Of a DNA stretch of 64,000 nucleotides, positions 1 to 10,384 are shown one piece after another. Source of the DNA: a virus. Taxonomy: Duplodnaviria; Heunggongvirae; Uroviricota; Caudoviricetes. A program made the position numbers and the translations under genes. Under the pieces are notes generated by a model. The model did no database searches, was not told the DNA's origin, and saw only the letters and a list, made by a program, of their open reading frames with translations. How positions within the stretch are numbered: the first letter of the stretch is position 1; every line of letters starts with the position of its first letter. The stretch spans positions 180,701-244,700 of the IMG/VR virus record IMGVR_UViG_3300010213_000001; one strand, 5' to 3'.

Positions 1-1691
1 TCATTCTTTTCTATTTCGCTTCTATGTTTGTATATAGCCCTCCATACGGCTTGTGCTACATAACTATGTGAATCACCATTCAGATGTTCTCTTACATATT
101 TTATACATTGGTCCTTACTTCCACCCTCCATTATTCTTAACTCTGCTCCCGACCAATCTATAGTCATGAGTTTATATCCCTCATTAGCTATAAAAGCATT
201 TCTGTATAGTCCTTTAGATGTTATGTTTTGAGTTTGTACCAATCCATTATTCTTATCGCCACTACTTAATCTACCTGTATCTGTCTTAGTTTGATGGTAT
301 ATAGTATAAACTCTACCTCTTAAATCTTCTCTAGTTTTAGGGCACTGTTGATTTAAATTAGGATGTTCTTTATGATAGAACTTTTCTAACCAAGATAGTC
401 CAGTTTTACTTAGTGCTGATTCTACCTTTTTGTACTTGGAGAATAGGTCAATAAATTCAAAATAAAAACTGTTTGGATTGTTAATTTTCCATTGAGATAA
501 TACATCTTTACTCATAGAAAATTTATACTCTCTACCATCCTTCTTCATTGGAATCTCGTCCACCTCATGCATTCCTATTGAGTATGCTAATGCTTTTAGC
601 TGTTTTGGACTAGACCAATTAATTTTATCAGACTGCTCTAATTTCTCTAATTGAATTTTATATTCTACTATCTTATGCTTATCTCTCTCTATTCCTTCTA
701 CTAAAGAAGTATGCTTTTTAGTTGTATCATTTGTAGTTAGCAGTTGCTGTTCCTTATTAACTATAGCATTTTCAAGTCTTACAATACTTGAATTAGCTTG
801 TCCTATTGACTTGTACAGAGGAACATTAATAGTTGAATAATCTATATCTTCAAAGTGTTCCTTTATATATGCTTCTAGCATACCTTTATTCTCATCTAAA
901 CTTTGTTGGTTTATTTCTATTTGTTTTAACCATATCTCTTTATCAAATCTAATTCCTTTAACTTCTAACTCAACTAGAGTATTTATAACTTCTAACTCAA
1001 CATCAAATATAAAGTCGTACATATCTACTTCCTTCAAATTATCTATTTGAAGCATCATTATATCTGGCAGTAGTATAGTATCTAAGGCTGTATATATTAT
1101 TTGTTCCTTGTTAGGAATGAACTTACCTTCTCTTTGTATTTTTTCTCTAGATTCTTCAGAATAGAATGTTGACCTAACATCTTTTTTTAGATTGGTTCTT
1201 AATCTAAAAATACTTATATCTTCCAAAGAACCTTTCTTATCTAAACCTTGAAATAGTTTAGACTCTACTATAAATGTACAATAGATATGAGTAAACATAT
1301 CTACTCTCATATCTCTGTGATATGATATTCCATTGAGATTGTCTAATATATCTAAATTATTAATATTATCAAGTTTATATTTATAATACTTGTAGTACAT
1401 CATTCTTAAGTCAAATGATATATTTTGTCCAATCCATATCGGACTCTTAGTTTTATCTATATATAATAAGAAATCTATCAACTTTACAGCCATATCATTA
1501 TTATATACATTGATAACCCAGGATATATTATTATAATATAAACTAAATAATAATATATCATCATCTATAAAACTCAATCCTGTAGTTTCTAAGTCTATAG
1601 CAACATAATCGCCAAAACTTATACTAAGTATGGAATCTTTAAGACGATGAAAATTATTATTATTTAAGTCTATATATTTGGTTTTGTTCAT
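1..1691 (-). CDS. polA: DNA polymerase I (family A), N-terminal portion including 3'-5' exonuclease domain; gene continues beyond window start
   Basis: Absent from ORF track because it runs off the edge. Minus-strand ATG at 1691..1689 overlaps the TGA stop of the lysozyme gene (ATGA). Hand translation: MNKTKYIDLNNNNFHRLKDSILSISFGDYVAIDLETTGL... (DnaQ-like ExoI DxE motif). Further on: ...TDTGRLSSG... and ...LMTIDWSGAELRIMEG (family-A motif A, DYSQIELR-like). Frame stays open to position 1. Confidence 0.75.
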   Translation of the reverse strand, partial: MNKTKYIDLNNNNFHRLKDSILSISFGDYVAIDLETTGLSFIDDDILLFSLYYNNISWVINVYNNDMAVKLIDFLLYIDKTKSPIWIGQNISFDLRMMYYKYYKYKLDNINNLDILDNLNGISYHRDMRVDMFTHIYCTFIVESKLFQGLDKKGSLEDISIFRLRTNLKKDVRSTFYSEESREKIQREGKFIPNKEQIIYTALDTILLPDIMMLQIDNLKEVDMYDFIFDVELEVINTLVELEVKGIRFDKEIWLKQIEINQQSLDENKGMLEAYIKEHFEDIDYSTINVPLYKSIGQANSSIVRLENAIVNKEQQLLTTNDTTKKHTSLVEGIERDKHKIVEYKIQLEKLEQSDKINWSSPKQLKALAYSIGMHEVDEIPMKKDGREYKFSMSKDVLSQWKINNPNSFYFEFIDLFSKYKKVESALSKTGLSWLEKFYHKEHPNLNQQCPKTREDLRGRVYTIYHQTKTDTGRLSSGDKNNGLVQTQNITSKGLYRNAFIANEGYKLMTIDWSGAELRIMEGGSKDQCIKYVREHLNGDSHSYVAQAVWRAIYKHRSEIEKN

Positions 1692-2464
1692 TCTGCAATA
1701 AATAGATTATATTCAAATTCTCTCATTTTTAATAAATTACTATTCTTCTTCCCGTCTATCCTACACCACATTAAAAAATGTTCCTTTTTAATTTTGTCTA
1801 TATTATTATTACGTATATGCTTATATATAGTAGATTTCATAAAGTTACCTATACCTAAAGCATAGATAAAGTGTGCTAAAGCAATCCTCTCATTCCTACT
1901 TAGTTTTTCAGTTCCTTTCAATTTTAAAAGTTCTGTATAACTTATTACTAAGTCTTCAAATAGGAGTTTTTCAGCCTGTTGTTTAGATATTCCTTTGTAT
2001 AAATGACTCTCACCAGATTTTATAACATGACCATAGCCAATAGTATAAAACTTACTTTTCTTCTTTTTATTTAAAGAGCCTAAACACTCATAAGGTGTCA
2101 ACCTTAATCCTTCATGATCTATTATATAACTTCTTAAATTGTTATTTATATCATCTATAACATTTTTATCTATGTTATAAGACACTGATTTTGCTCTCTC
2201 CAACTTAATAGGTTTTTCTTTTATTTTAGATGGAGTAGTTACATTAATGACATTGTCAGCAACGTTTTGATCGGTGCCTTGGGAGCATTCTACTGTTATA
2301 GGATTAAAATCATTTCTACTTTCAATAGAGCTAGTATTGGTATTAGATATCTCTACTTTATTAGCTACTATTTGTGCTTCACTGACTTGATCCACATCTT
2401 TTTTATTTTTGATATAACTAGGGAAAACTCCACAGACAATTAAAATAACTAATATATTTTTCAT
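1688..2464 (-). CDS. GH24 lysozyme / endolysin (T4 lysozyme-like) with N-terminal hydrophobic signal or signal-anchor
   Basis: Segment IIDHEGLRLTPYECLGSLNKKKKSKFYTIGYGH aligns with T4 lysozyme [25 protein letters not shown] (catalytic E/D/T context). N-terminus MKNILVILIVCGVFPSYI is hydrophobic (secretory or SAR-type). Confidence 0.8.
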   Translation of the reverse strand: MKNILVILIVCGVFPSYIKNKKDVDQVSEAQIVANKVEISNTNTSSIESRNDFNPITVECSQGTDQNVADNVINVTTPSKIKEKPIKLERAKSVSYNIDKNVIDDINNNLRSYIIDHEGLRLTPYECLGSLNKKKKSKFYTIGYGHVIKSGESHLYKGISKQQAEKLLFEDLVISYTELLKLKGTEKLSRNERIALAHFIYALGIGNFMKSTIYKHIRNNNIDKIKKEHFLMWCRIDGKKNSNLLKMREFEYNLFIAE

Positions 2465-2504
2465 AATATTTGTTTTTAGTTAAACATATCTTTACTGTAA
2501 TAAC

Positions 2505-2556
2505 AGTACTTTCTATTTAAAAAAGAATCGCACTAATTTTATATAGTGCGATTAAG
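2505..2556 (-). terminator. putative rho-independent terminator after lysozyme-adjacent gene
   Basis: Inverted repeat aatcgcacta/tagtgcgatt (2526..2554), followed on the minus strand by a T-run (plus-strand A-run 2509..2521). Lies just downstream of the stop of ORF 2586..3008. Confidence 0.45.
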
Positions 2557-2585
2557 ATTCTTAAATTTAAGAATATAATTCCTAA

Positions 2586-3008
2586 TTACGAATTATTTGA
2601 CAATTCCTGCTCTATTTCCTTGGCTCTAACCTCTTTGTTTATAGTGCTAATAGTATCAATTAAAGCGACTAGTTCCAGGTTTTTGTCTTTTACTCTTTTG
2701 TATTGAGAGTGCATACTTCTAATTACATCTAATAAGACTAAGCCTTTTTTAGAAATAGGTTTAGATAAATCTTCATCAGTAAGAGTTGTGCTGGTTCTCA
2801 GTGTCTGTATGGCAGAAGCTACCTCAATATATAGTTTAGTTACTGCAACAAGCATTCTACTTCTGATATCAGCAAACTTTAGTAGTAGCTTTTTTTCTTC
2901 GATGATCTGATTAAATCTATCTTCTCCTAAAGCAAGATAATCATAAACTACAGTATCTACTGTAATCTCTTCAATTTCTACAACAGGCTTCTTTGAATTG
3001 TCTAACAT
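2586..3008 (-). CDS. hypothetical protein
   Basis: ORF track; minus strand like all neighbours; tight packing; no recognisable motif. Confidence 0.5.
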   Translation of the reverse strand: MLDNSKKPVVEIEEITVDTVVYDYLALGEDRFNQIIEEKKLLLKFADIRSRMLVAVTKLYIEVASAIQTLRTSTTLTDEDLSKPISKKGLVLLDVIRSMHSQYKRVKDKNLELVALIDTISTINKEVRAKEIEQELSNNS

Positions 3009-3020
3009 GTTTTTGTGATT

Positions 3021-3626
3021 TTAGTTTTTAATAGAAGAATTTAATGTAGCTAGCTTGTTATTCAAGTCTTCAGCTACTTGCAACGTTTTACTTTTCTCAC
3101 TATCAAGTAGTGATATAAGTTGTACATACTTATGACTAACTTCTAAGTCTGCTAAATCTACTTCATAACAAACTCTTTCTCCATTTTTTTCAAATTCATT
3201 AAATGATTCATAATATCCATTATTCTTAATGAAATTTGGAGAAGAGTAAGTTCTGATTGTAGTATCAAACTTATTGTCTTTATATATAAATACTAATTTT
3301 ACATTATAAAAGCCTTCTACTAGCTTAGGCTTTGAACTTATAATGTCTTTAATACTACAAGTACCATAATCTTTAAGTTCTACAGTACCAGCCTCATTAT
3401 CTATAGCTATTATTTGATACTTAGGTTGTAATTCAAAATCTTCATCTGTTTCTATACTTTCTTTTAACCATACTTTTTCAAATAAAGATATTGGAATACA
3501 TCTGTCAAATAGTGTATAAACATTAGTACTTTGACTTAATCCTTTTTTAGAGATTAGTTTAACTCCCCATTTATGAATATCTAATTCTTCATTTATTGGG
3601 TACAATTTTATTAATTTGCCGAACAT
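3021..3626 (-). CDS. hypothetical protein
   Basis: ORF track; 13-nt gap to upstream gene; no recognisable motif. Confidence 0.5.
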   Translation of the reverse strand: MFGKLIKLYPINEELDIHKWGVKLISKKGLSQSTNVYTLFDRCIPISLFEKVWLKESIETDEDFELQPKYQIIAIDNEAGTVELKDYGTCSIKDIISSKPKLVEGFYNVKLVFIYKDNKFDTTIRTYSSPNFIKNNGYYESFNEFEKNGERVCYEVDLADLEVSHKYVQLISLLDSEKSKTLQVAEDLNNKLATLNSSIKN

Positions 3627-3661
3627 TGATTATTTTATTAATAGTTAATTAGTTGTACGTA

Positions 3662-4471
3662 TTACACTATAGTTATACCTAAGAGTACTATTTCTGCTAC
3701 ATTTTTACATATTTCATCTATAGCTCTAGCAGTAGTATTTATACATCTACAATTATTGTTTGGGGAGCAAGTTCCTTCATAGCCATGAACAAAACAGTTA
3801 TCTATATGCTCTTTGTTATCATTACCTACAAACATGTGATGTTTATCTACTTCTTCAGCAATTAAAGCTTTAAGGTCTAATTCTCTACTAAGAGAGTTGA
3901 TTGCTCCATATAGAGGTCTAGACTTATTAAAATATGTAAGAATATTGTTATGTATACTCAATATTATATTGTGTCTAGTTTCTATTTTTCTCGTGTATAG
4001 TAGCTTATTACTAATGTTGGAGAACATTGTTCTATACAAATAGTGTTGTATTTGTATCTTTATCAAAACCATCATATAGTCTTTATCACTACAATATGAT
4101 ACAGCTTCCTTATCTCCTATAACTTTGTATTTTGTTGTGTCTAGTACTATTTCAGACATCGACTCTATGTCTGCCAGTCTATAATCTCTGTTCAATATAG
4201 TAGGAAATAGTTTTTTAAGTCTTTCTTGAAATTGAGTTAAGTCAGAATTAAATGATTTTAAATCTCTTTCATCTTTATTAACTCTATTAAAATCTCGAGT
4301 CATGGCTTTAAATTCTCTATTTAAAGTTCTGAATCTATCTGACACTTTCCTATCTTCTTCTAGTAATTCTACTAGTCTAATATGTGCTATATCTTGATAG
4401 ACTTTATTCCACTGATCCTCTTGAGCAAAAACATAGGTAGGTACTATTACTTTATTCTTATTTACTAACAT
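3662..4471 (-). CDS. hypothetical protein (Cys-rich C-terminus)
   Basis: ORF track; C-terminal HGYEGTCSPNNNCRCINTTARAIDEICKN is Cys-rich, possible metal-binding. Confidence 0.5.
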   Translation of the reverse strand: MLVNKNKVIVPTYVFAQEDQWNKVYQDIAHIRLVELLEEDRKVSDRFRTLNREFKAMTRDFNRVNKDERDLKSFNSDLTQFQERLKKLFPTILNRDYRLADIESMSEIVLDTTKYKVIGDKEAVSYCSDKDYMMVLIKIQIQHYLYRTMFSNISNKLLYTRKIETRHNIILSIHNNILTYFNKSRPLYGAINSLSRELDLKALIAEEVDKHHMFVGNDNKEHIDNCFVHGYEGTCSPNNNCRCINTTARAIDEICKNVAEIVLLGITIV

Positions 4472-4497
4472 TATTTTATTAGTTTAATAAACTAATA

Positions 4498-5115
4498 TTA
4501 TGATAAGGATAGGCTAGATAATAAATCTTTATCTAGCCCCAATACATTATCATTAACATGATAACCATATAATAATCCTATTTCAAGATTTAGTTTAGTT
4601 GTGATATTCCTATGTAATAAATTATCTACTGCTCTATTTACTATTAGTATTACCTTAGTAGATAAAACACTAGATTCATGCTGCGAGACGTTAAACATCT
4701 GTATAATAGTATTAATATCGTATAACATATCATTAGATTCAGGATCTAACTGATAGTTTTTACTAGCTACTACTTTTACTTGCATATAAGTTTCATCTGA
4801 TAAATCTAAGTTATTTAGAATAACAGCTTCTACTTCACTGTAGCTTAAATGCATAGATGATATTAAATCTGAAAAATCCAGATCTATTATTACAATATTA
4901 ATAATAAGTACACCTCTTTCTTTCTTCCTAATTGCGTTTATCATTTCAGATAACATATCTACTCCTCTTCTCTCTATTGGAGGCTCTTGATTAATATCAC
5001 CTCCTTCTTGATGGCTCTGTAAATTAACTCTTAAAGATAAAATGACAGATTCTAAAGTAATTAATACATTATCTAATGTTATGAATATATTATAAGTTGT
5101 TGTGGGAAGTACCAT
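4498..5115 (-). CDS. hypothetical protein
   Basis: ORF track; abuts next gene at 5115. Confidence 0.5.
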   Translation of the reverse strand: MVLPTTTYNIFITLDNVLITLESVILSLRVNLQSHQEGGDINQEPPIERRGVDMLSEMINAIRKKERGVLIINIVIIDLDFSDLISSMHLSYSEVEAVILNNLDLSDETYMQVKVVASKNYQLDPESNDMLYDINTIIQMFNVSQHESSVLSTKVILIVNRAVDNLLHRNITTKLNLEIGLLYGYHVNDNVLGLDKDLLSSLSLS

Positions 5116-5537
5116 TACTTTCTTAATTTAAAAATTATATAAATTGGTTTAGAATCCTCCTTATATACTTCTTCTACTAACGCACTATGTTTGTCAAATA
5201 AGGCACTATTTATAGATTGGCAAGATTCCTCAAAGTCATGTGTCCAACTATAACTACCTTTGTAGTACGTGTCATAAAGCTTAAATTTTTCAATGTGAAT
5301 ACCATTGTCCATATGAAGCTTCTCAACATGTCTAGTATCTAGTGATTTAGAATCTATTTTAGAGTTGTATAAATTTAACTTATTGTTTATAAGATAATCA
5401 CCTATACCATGTATTGTAACTCTAGCTAATATATCTTGAACTAAGCTTTCAACTCTATGCTGATTTTTTCTTGCACAAATTACTACACTAATATTAAATG
5501 ATATACCTTTTTGCAATATAATTATAGGTAATTTCAT
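5115..5537 (-). CDS. hypothetical protein
   Basis: ORF track; start/stop overlaps with neighbours typical of phage operons. Confidence 0.5.
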   Translation of the reverse strand: MKLPIIILQKGISFNISVVICARKNQHRVESLVQDILARVTIHGIGDYLINNKLNLYNSKIDSKSLDTRHVEKLHMDNGIHIEKFKLYDTYYKGSYSWTHDFEESCQSINSALFDKHSALVEEVYKEDSKPIYIIFKLRK

Positions 5538-5905
5538 TAATTAAGTTCATAATCTATTTCTTGTACAAAAGCTGCAAAATCCTCAAAGCTAATTATATTA
5601 TTAATATTAGTTATAGGTCTATATGAATCACATATAGCTCCATCAGGCTTTACAGAATATATCTCACTATTATCTAAATTAATATAGCTAGTATTAGAGT
5701 AATCAGCTTCATCTGGGTTTATTATCAAATTCTTTAGATTCTTAACTGTAATAGTTAATGTTACCCTATTTCTTAATTTAAATGGAGTTTGTTTAGATTT
5801 TAAGTCAGCAGTTATATTTCTTCTTAATTCTGCTAATCTTGATTTCTCTAGTTGCAGTGCCAATAAGGAATCATTCATTGACACAATTTTATCCTTCATG
5901 CTCAT
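5537..5905 (-). CDS. hypothetical protein
   Basis: ORF track; overlaps neighbour by 1 nt. Confidence 0.5.
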   Translation of the reverse strand: MSMKDKIVSMNDSLLALQLEKSRLAELRRNITADLKSKQTPFKLRNRVTLTITVKNLKNLIINPDEADYSNTSYINLDNSEIYSVKPDGAICDSYRPITNINNIISFEDFAAFVQEIDYELN

Positions 5906-5937
5906 AGTTTATTTTATCAATTATTTTATATTATATT

Positions 5938-7254
5938 TTATTCTATTATGATAGAGTGTAAACTAACCATATCATTCTCAACAATAGTTAAATCTTCTTG
6001 ATCTATCAACTCATTTATTGCTTTATCTAAATTATTACTTTCTTGTTCTTTCTCTCTATCTTCTTTCATAACTAATTCACTGTTTAACTTATCTAACTTT
6101 GATTTAAAGTATTGATACTTTATGAATTTAGCAGTTTCTTGTAGTTTATTAATTATAGTTAATTCGTGTATACTATCAGTATTAGATAACTTTCTTAACA
6201 GTAATGTTATATGTTCTGTAACAGCCAATAGATCTTTAAATAGTATATGACAAGACTCTCTAGGTCGTGTAGCCTTATAATCTCCTTCTATATATACTAT
6301 CTTGGAACATTCTCTTAATATGACATCACATATCTCAGGATTGTTATACAAATAACAAATCCTATTTGATTCTACAAATTTATTATATTTTCTGTTAGTT
6401 ACCAAAACATCTATCGTTTCAGAACTATAATGTCTGTAAAGTACTTGACTTATTCTAGCTAGAGTCAGCTCAGTTGCTCTAGAGTGTGTAAGCTCTAATA
6501 TTTCAAGTGCTTTTGGAGTTATTACTAATTCTTGACTATCAAAGTTTTCAAAAGTGAATAAATCGCTATTGATAATGTCATTCACTAACAATAGTCTAGA
6601 GTGAGTATCTATATCAGATATAGGTCTCTCTGATGTATTTATACAATCTAATGCGACTATAACACTAATCTTTATAGATTCTATACTTAAGAATTTTCCT
6701 AATATTGCAGCTTTGATTATCATAACTATATAATATGCAGGTATATCATATAGTGCAGCTAATAAAGTGGGTAAATCTGAGCCTCTTGCAACAGTATTCT
6801 GTAGAGATGTAGATTTTTCAAATAGACATCTTACATTATATTCTCCAGCACAGCTAATAAACTTATTATAAAAATACACATGCCCTGGTAATAACTCTAG
6901 TCTCTTAGAACTATAAGCTGATCTAACTGTTACCTCAACTCCATATGCTCTACAAAATCCAAATACTTTAGCATATTCAACTATTAATTTATCTGCTATA
7001 TTATTAGATAAGTTGCTCTGGACTTTAGAGAGTAATAGGTCAGTCATTATAACAACACTGTTATATGTATTTAAATTACATATTTCTTCTATTAAATTAC
7101 ATTCATTAGTAGCAAAATCTATTATCTGTCTTGGAGAAGTATCAAACCAACTCATATCCCAACCACTGTCAAAATCTGATTCTGCTTGTTCTATCATTTT
7201 GATAATATTAGCCTCCAAGGAGTAGAGGCTAATATCTATTAGATATAATGTCAT
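5938..7254 (-). CDS. hypothetical protein (438 aa)
   Basis: Long uninterrupted minus-strand ORF; the plus-strand ORF 7013..7225 inside it is a shadow. Confidence 0.55.
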   Translation of the reverse strand: MTLYLIDISLYSLEANIIKMIEQAESDFDSGWDMSWFDTSPRQIIDFATNECNLIEEICNLNTYNSVVIMTDLLLSKVQSNLSNNIADKLIVEYAKVFGFCRAYGVEVTVRSAYSSKRLELLPGHVYFYNKFISCAGEYNVRCLFEKSTSLQNTVARGSDLPTLLAALYDIPAYYIVMIIKAAILGKFLSIESIKISVIVALDCINTSERPISDIDTHSRLLLVNDIINSDLFTFENFDSQELVITPKALEILELTHSRATELTLARISQVLYRHYSSETIDVLVTNRKYNKFVESNRICYLYNNPEICDVILRECSKIVYIEGDYKATRPRESCHILFKDLLAVTEHITLLLRKLSNTDSIHELTIINKLQETAKFIKYQYFKSKLDKLNSELVMKEDREKEQESNNLDKAINELIDQEDLTIVENDMVSLHSIIIE

Positions 7255-7264
7255 AATTTAGTCA

Positions 7265-7861
7265 TTATTGATCTTTTCTCTTCATTTTCAACTCTCTCCA
7301 AGCTTGGAACGTTTCCTCAAGTCTAGGTAGATAAAAGTTGAGATAATTGGATATCTTATCTTTATACATACCTTTTGCTATTGTAAGGTTGCTCACCCAG
7401 CTTTCTAAGAAAGGGATAATACCCAGATCAACAAACTCAGTTTGGTTTTTAGCTTTTGAGAAGACTACTAACTTCTTTCTAAGCGGTTGATATAAGTAAC
7501 TATAAGATATACCATTAGCAATAACTTCAACTTTAATATTATCCTCATAAAAATATAGAATTAATTTCTCTGTAGTCTTGGAAAACACATCTATAGAGGT
7601 ATTGTTGTGTATACTTTGGACTTTGTTAGCAGTTACTTTGCTAACTACTTCCATTTTTGCCAAGCATTGAGGTTTTGAAGAATCTAAGATACGCCATAAA
7701 AAGTATGGAGCATTTATAAGCATTATATTCTCTAAAATAGTTATATTATTTTTAGTGTTGTGTTTTTCAGAAGTTAGTGGAGTCTTTTTAACTTCTGTAG
7801 AAGTTGTTACTTCTTTTGAATTTTCTTTTTTTACTAATTGAATTGTTTCTTGAGATTGCAT
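7265..7861 (-). CDS. hypothetical protein
   Basis: ORF track; minus-strand operon context. Confidence 0.5.
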   Translation of the reverse strand: MQSQETIQLVKKENSKEVTTSTEVKKTPLTSEKHNTKNNITILENIMLINAPYFLWRILDSSKPQCLAKMEVVSKVTANKVQSIHNNTSIDVFSKTTEKLILYFYEDNIKVEVIANGISYSYLYQPLRKKLVVFSKAKNQTEFVDLGIIPFLESWVSNLTIAKGMYKDKISNYLNFYLPRLEETFQAWRELKMKRKDQ

Positions 7862-7883
7862 AAATTTTAATTTATTTAAAAAG

Positions 7884-8666
7884 TTAATGTTTATATTTAT
7901 ACTTATTTATAATATAATTCTTATCATTTGGGTTAAGAACTATATCATCTATTGCTTGTTCTAGTCGTCTATTAGCATCTAATTTATCAACTAGTCTTGT
8001 AGCAGAAATAAATTTATACGGCAGCTCTACATTTAGATCGCCATATTCTGAAAGTACATGATTCCAATCCTTAAATTTTTCATTGATGCTTGAAATGTGT
8101 ATTAATGTGCTTTTAGATAAATTCAATCGCCTATTTATATTCTTTAATATTGAGAAAATTAAAATAGACAATAAACTTTGTCTGTAAATGATAGGTATAG
8201 AATCTGCTATAATTGGTTTATCCAACTGGTCTGTCTGAGATATATACAATATTGTATTATTATTGTCTAAACGCTCTCTATATCTACGATATTCTTCTAC
8301 CACATCATTATCATATAAATTGCAAATTGTATCTGAGCTATTCATAGAAAAAGTAGCTACATCATCTTCTGGCATATCATGCTGTGAAGTCTCAAAGTCA
8401 TCTTCTATTTCTCTTATCTTAATATAGTATTTGACTTGTAAAGACTTCTCCATTGTTTCTAGTGTAGAAGTTGTAAGTTTTCTATTCTTACAGTCTGACA
8501 GCAGATTATTATAGTATTCTATATCTTGATGTAAGTACTCCTTTGTGGTTACTATATTATTGTAGCTAGTGTCCATAACAGTTATTAAAGTATTAATTTG
8601 GTCCACACTTAGACCTAACTCTAATAATTTAATATATGAATCTATACCGTAGCTATATTTACTCAT
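7884..8666 (-). CDS. hypothetical protein
   Basis: ORF track. Confidence 0.5.
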   Translation of the reverse strand: MSKYSYGIDSYIKLLELGLSVDQINTLITVMDTSYNNIVTTKEYLHQDIEYYNNLLSDCKNRKLTTSTLETMEKSLQVKYYIKIREIEDDFETSQHDMPEDDVATFSMNSSDTICNLYDNDVVEEYRRYRERLDNNNTILYISQTDQLDKPIIADSIPIIYRQSLLSILIFSILKNINRRLNLSKSTLIHISSINEKFKDWNHVLSEYGDLNVELPYKFISATRLVDKLDANRRLEQAIDDIVLNPNDKNYIINKYKYKH

Positions 8667-8701
8667 GTTTACTTTAGTTTATTTTTCACCTATACAGGAA
8701 A

Positions 8702-9238
8702 TTAATTTATAGTAGCTATTGAAATCAAATATAATGAATTAAACTTAATAGTTGCTCCTGGCATATTGTATATATCCAAGCCGCTATCTATAAGACTATG
8801 TTTAGATAATTTAACTATTTTTTCAGCTGGGTTTATGAATGATAATCTAGAATAAGTTCCTCTTTTATTATTCACAGTTATATCCACAAGATATAATATC
8901 TTAATATCCTCTGAATCTATAGTTTCTATCTCTTTATCTGATTCTGTAATATCTATCTTAAAGGTATTAATTCCAAATTCATACAAGATAGATTCCAGTG
9001 TATGGAATATTTTACTTGATATTATAGTTCCATCCTTAGTATCTATTATTTCACTGGGATATAAACAACTTATCTTATCATAGAGTTCTTCAGCTATATA
9101 ATTACTAACGTGTAAAGGATTAGGCTCCAATAAATAATTGACTATTATTTCAAAAGTTGTTAGTATGTTAGCTATTGGATGTGTCTCATTGATATCTGAA
9201 AACTCTATGTTTACCTTCTCATTTCCAATTGTAATCAT
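8702..9238 (-). CDS. hypothetical protein
   Basis: ORF track; 4-nt overlap with downstream gene. Confidence 0.5.
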   Translation of the reverse strand: MITIGNEKVNIEFSDINETHPIANILTTFEIIVNYLLEPNPLHVSNYIAEELYDKISCLYPSEIIDTKDGTIISSKIFHTLESILYEFGINTFKIDITESDKEIETIDSEDIKILYLVDITVNNKRGTYSRLSFINPAEKIVKLSKHSLIDSGLDIYNMPGATIKFNSLYLISIATIN

Positions 9239-9891
9239 CTAGATAATAGGTTTATTTTAATATAATATCCAAATGCAAATACTGCTAATAAACAGAAGAA
9301 TATTACGATATTCTTATTGAATAGCAACTTAGAACTGGGAACATTAGATAAGTTTACAACATTTATTGTTGATCTTCCATGAGAAGATTTATTCAGATCG
9401 TCCTTCAAGTAATCTATTCTAGTATTAGCAGCTCTGCTCAATATATAACTCTGTCTCAACATAGCTACATCCTTCAAGCTAAAATCTTTAATTGTAGCTG
9501 GTATAGATGTTATATTGTCCAAGATAATATAATACGATGTATCTAAACTTGAAATTTGTTCAAATATCATAATATTATACACACTATCTACCTCTACAGA
9601 TACACTTACTATATCTTGACTTTCAGGAGACTTCAATGTGTATACAGCATCTTCCGCTTTAAATATGTTGTTGGATAGGAGTTTGGTATTTGTTACAGAG
9701 TACATTTGTATTCTATAGAAAGCGAAAGCAGCAATAAGTATTGATAATATTCCTACAATAATGTATTTCATAATAAAATTATTAAGTTTAAAAAATAAAA
9801 TAGGTAAGTAACACGTGTTACTTACCCATATGTATATTATGTTAAAGGTTCTTGAGTACCAACTTTTTCCTCTGGTAAATCTCCAACCCAA
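9235..9891 (-). CDS. hypothetical membrane protein
   Basis: Two hydrophobic segments (IIVGILSILIAAFAFY; IVIFFCLLAVFAFGYYI). Confidence 0.5.
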   Translation of the reverse strand: MGWRFTRGKSWYSRTFNIIYIWVSNTCYLPILFFKLNNFIMKYIIVGILSILIAAFAFYRIQMYSVTNTKLLSNNIFKAEDAVYTLKSPESQDIVSVSVEVDSVYNIMIFEQISSLDTSYYIILDNITSIPATIKDFSLKDVAMLRQSYILSRAANTRIDYLKDDLNKSSHGRSTINVVNLSNVPSSKLLFNKNIVIFFCLLAVFAFGYYIKINLLSR

Positions 9892-10346
9892 CTAGAATCA
9901 CTGTCTAACTCACCTTGCAAAACACTAAAATCTTGATCTAGATCTCTTGCATCTAAATTAGAGATCACGAAATCTAGCTTTTCTGCATGATGATCAACAC
10001 CTGTCGACGTATCAACAAGCTCAAGTTGTTCAAAGTGAGAAACATCAGCAAAATCATTAACAAGAGACATTACAGCTTCTATTACATTAGCTGCATAAAC
10101 TAATTCACTTACTGGAGCTCCAGTACTATCTTTACCATAAACTCTAATGATATTCTTGTCTGGAAGATTGTCCAACTTATTTTTACCTATTACAATTTGT
10201 AGGTAAATAGGTAGATCATCATACTCTACAAGCTCAATAGTGGAGCTGACTGGAGTCTCTGTCTGTTTGGGCAATTTGTCTTTAGTTACTTTGCTAGGCT
10301 TGTTAGCCTTACTTATAACCTTAGATTCTTTTTCTTTAGTTTTCAT
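9837..10346 (-). CDS. hypothetical acidic protein
   Basis: ORF track; Asp/Glu-rich C-terminal half; overlaps downstream ORF by 55 nt, so the true start may be internal. Confidence 0.45.
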   Translation of the reverse strand: MKTKEKESKVISKANKPSKVTKDKLPKQTETPVSSTIELVEYDDLPIYLQIVIGKNKLDNLPDKNIIRVYGKDSTGAPVSELVYAANVIEAVMSLVNDFADVSHFEQLELVDTSTGVDHHAEKLDFVISNLDARDLDQDFSVLQGELDSDSSWVGDLPEEKVGTQEPLT

Positions 10347-10384
10347 ATGAACTGAGATTAGATTTAAATGATAATTAGATATTG

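Noticed and set aside
7013-7225. Plus-strand ORFs in the track (7013..7225, 12368..12652, 14822..15034, 17094..17276, 17332..17553, 17990..18316, 19538..19762, 20303..20741, 21694..21981, 23215..23436, 24476..24670, 25241..25725, 26052..26551, 28114..28599, 29984..30241, 32846..33067, 33660..33842, 35501..35683, 35820..36026, 37178..37408, 42883..43128, 47456..47641, 48367..48657, 50617..50832, 54073..54876, 55980..56240, 56610..56942, 57609..57821, 58692..58916, 60262..60838, 63113..63298)
   Set aside because: All lie antisense inside longer, better-supported minus-strand genes or inside intron and ncRNA regions. They are low-complexity or Leu/Ser/Phe-rich shadow translations. No plus-strand operon context exists anywhere in the window.
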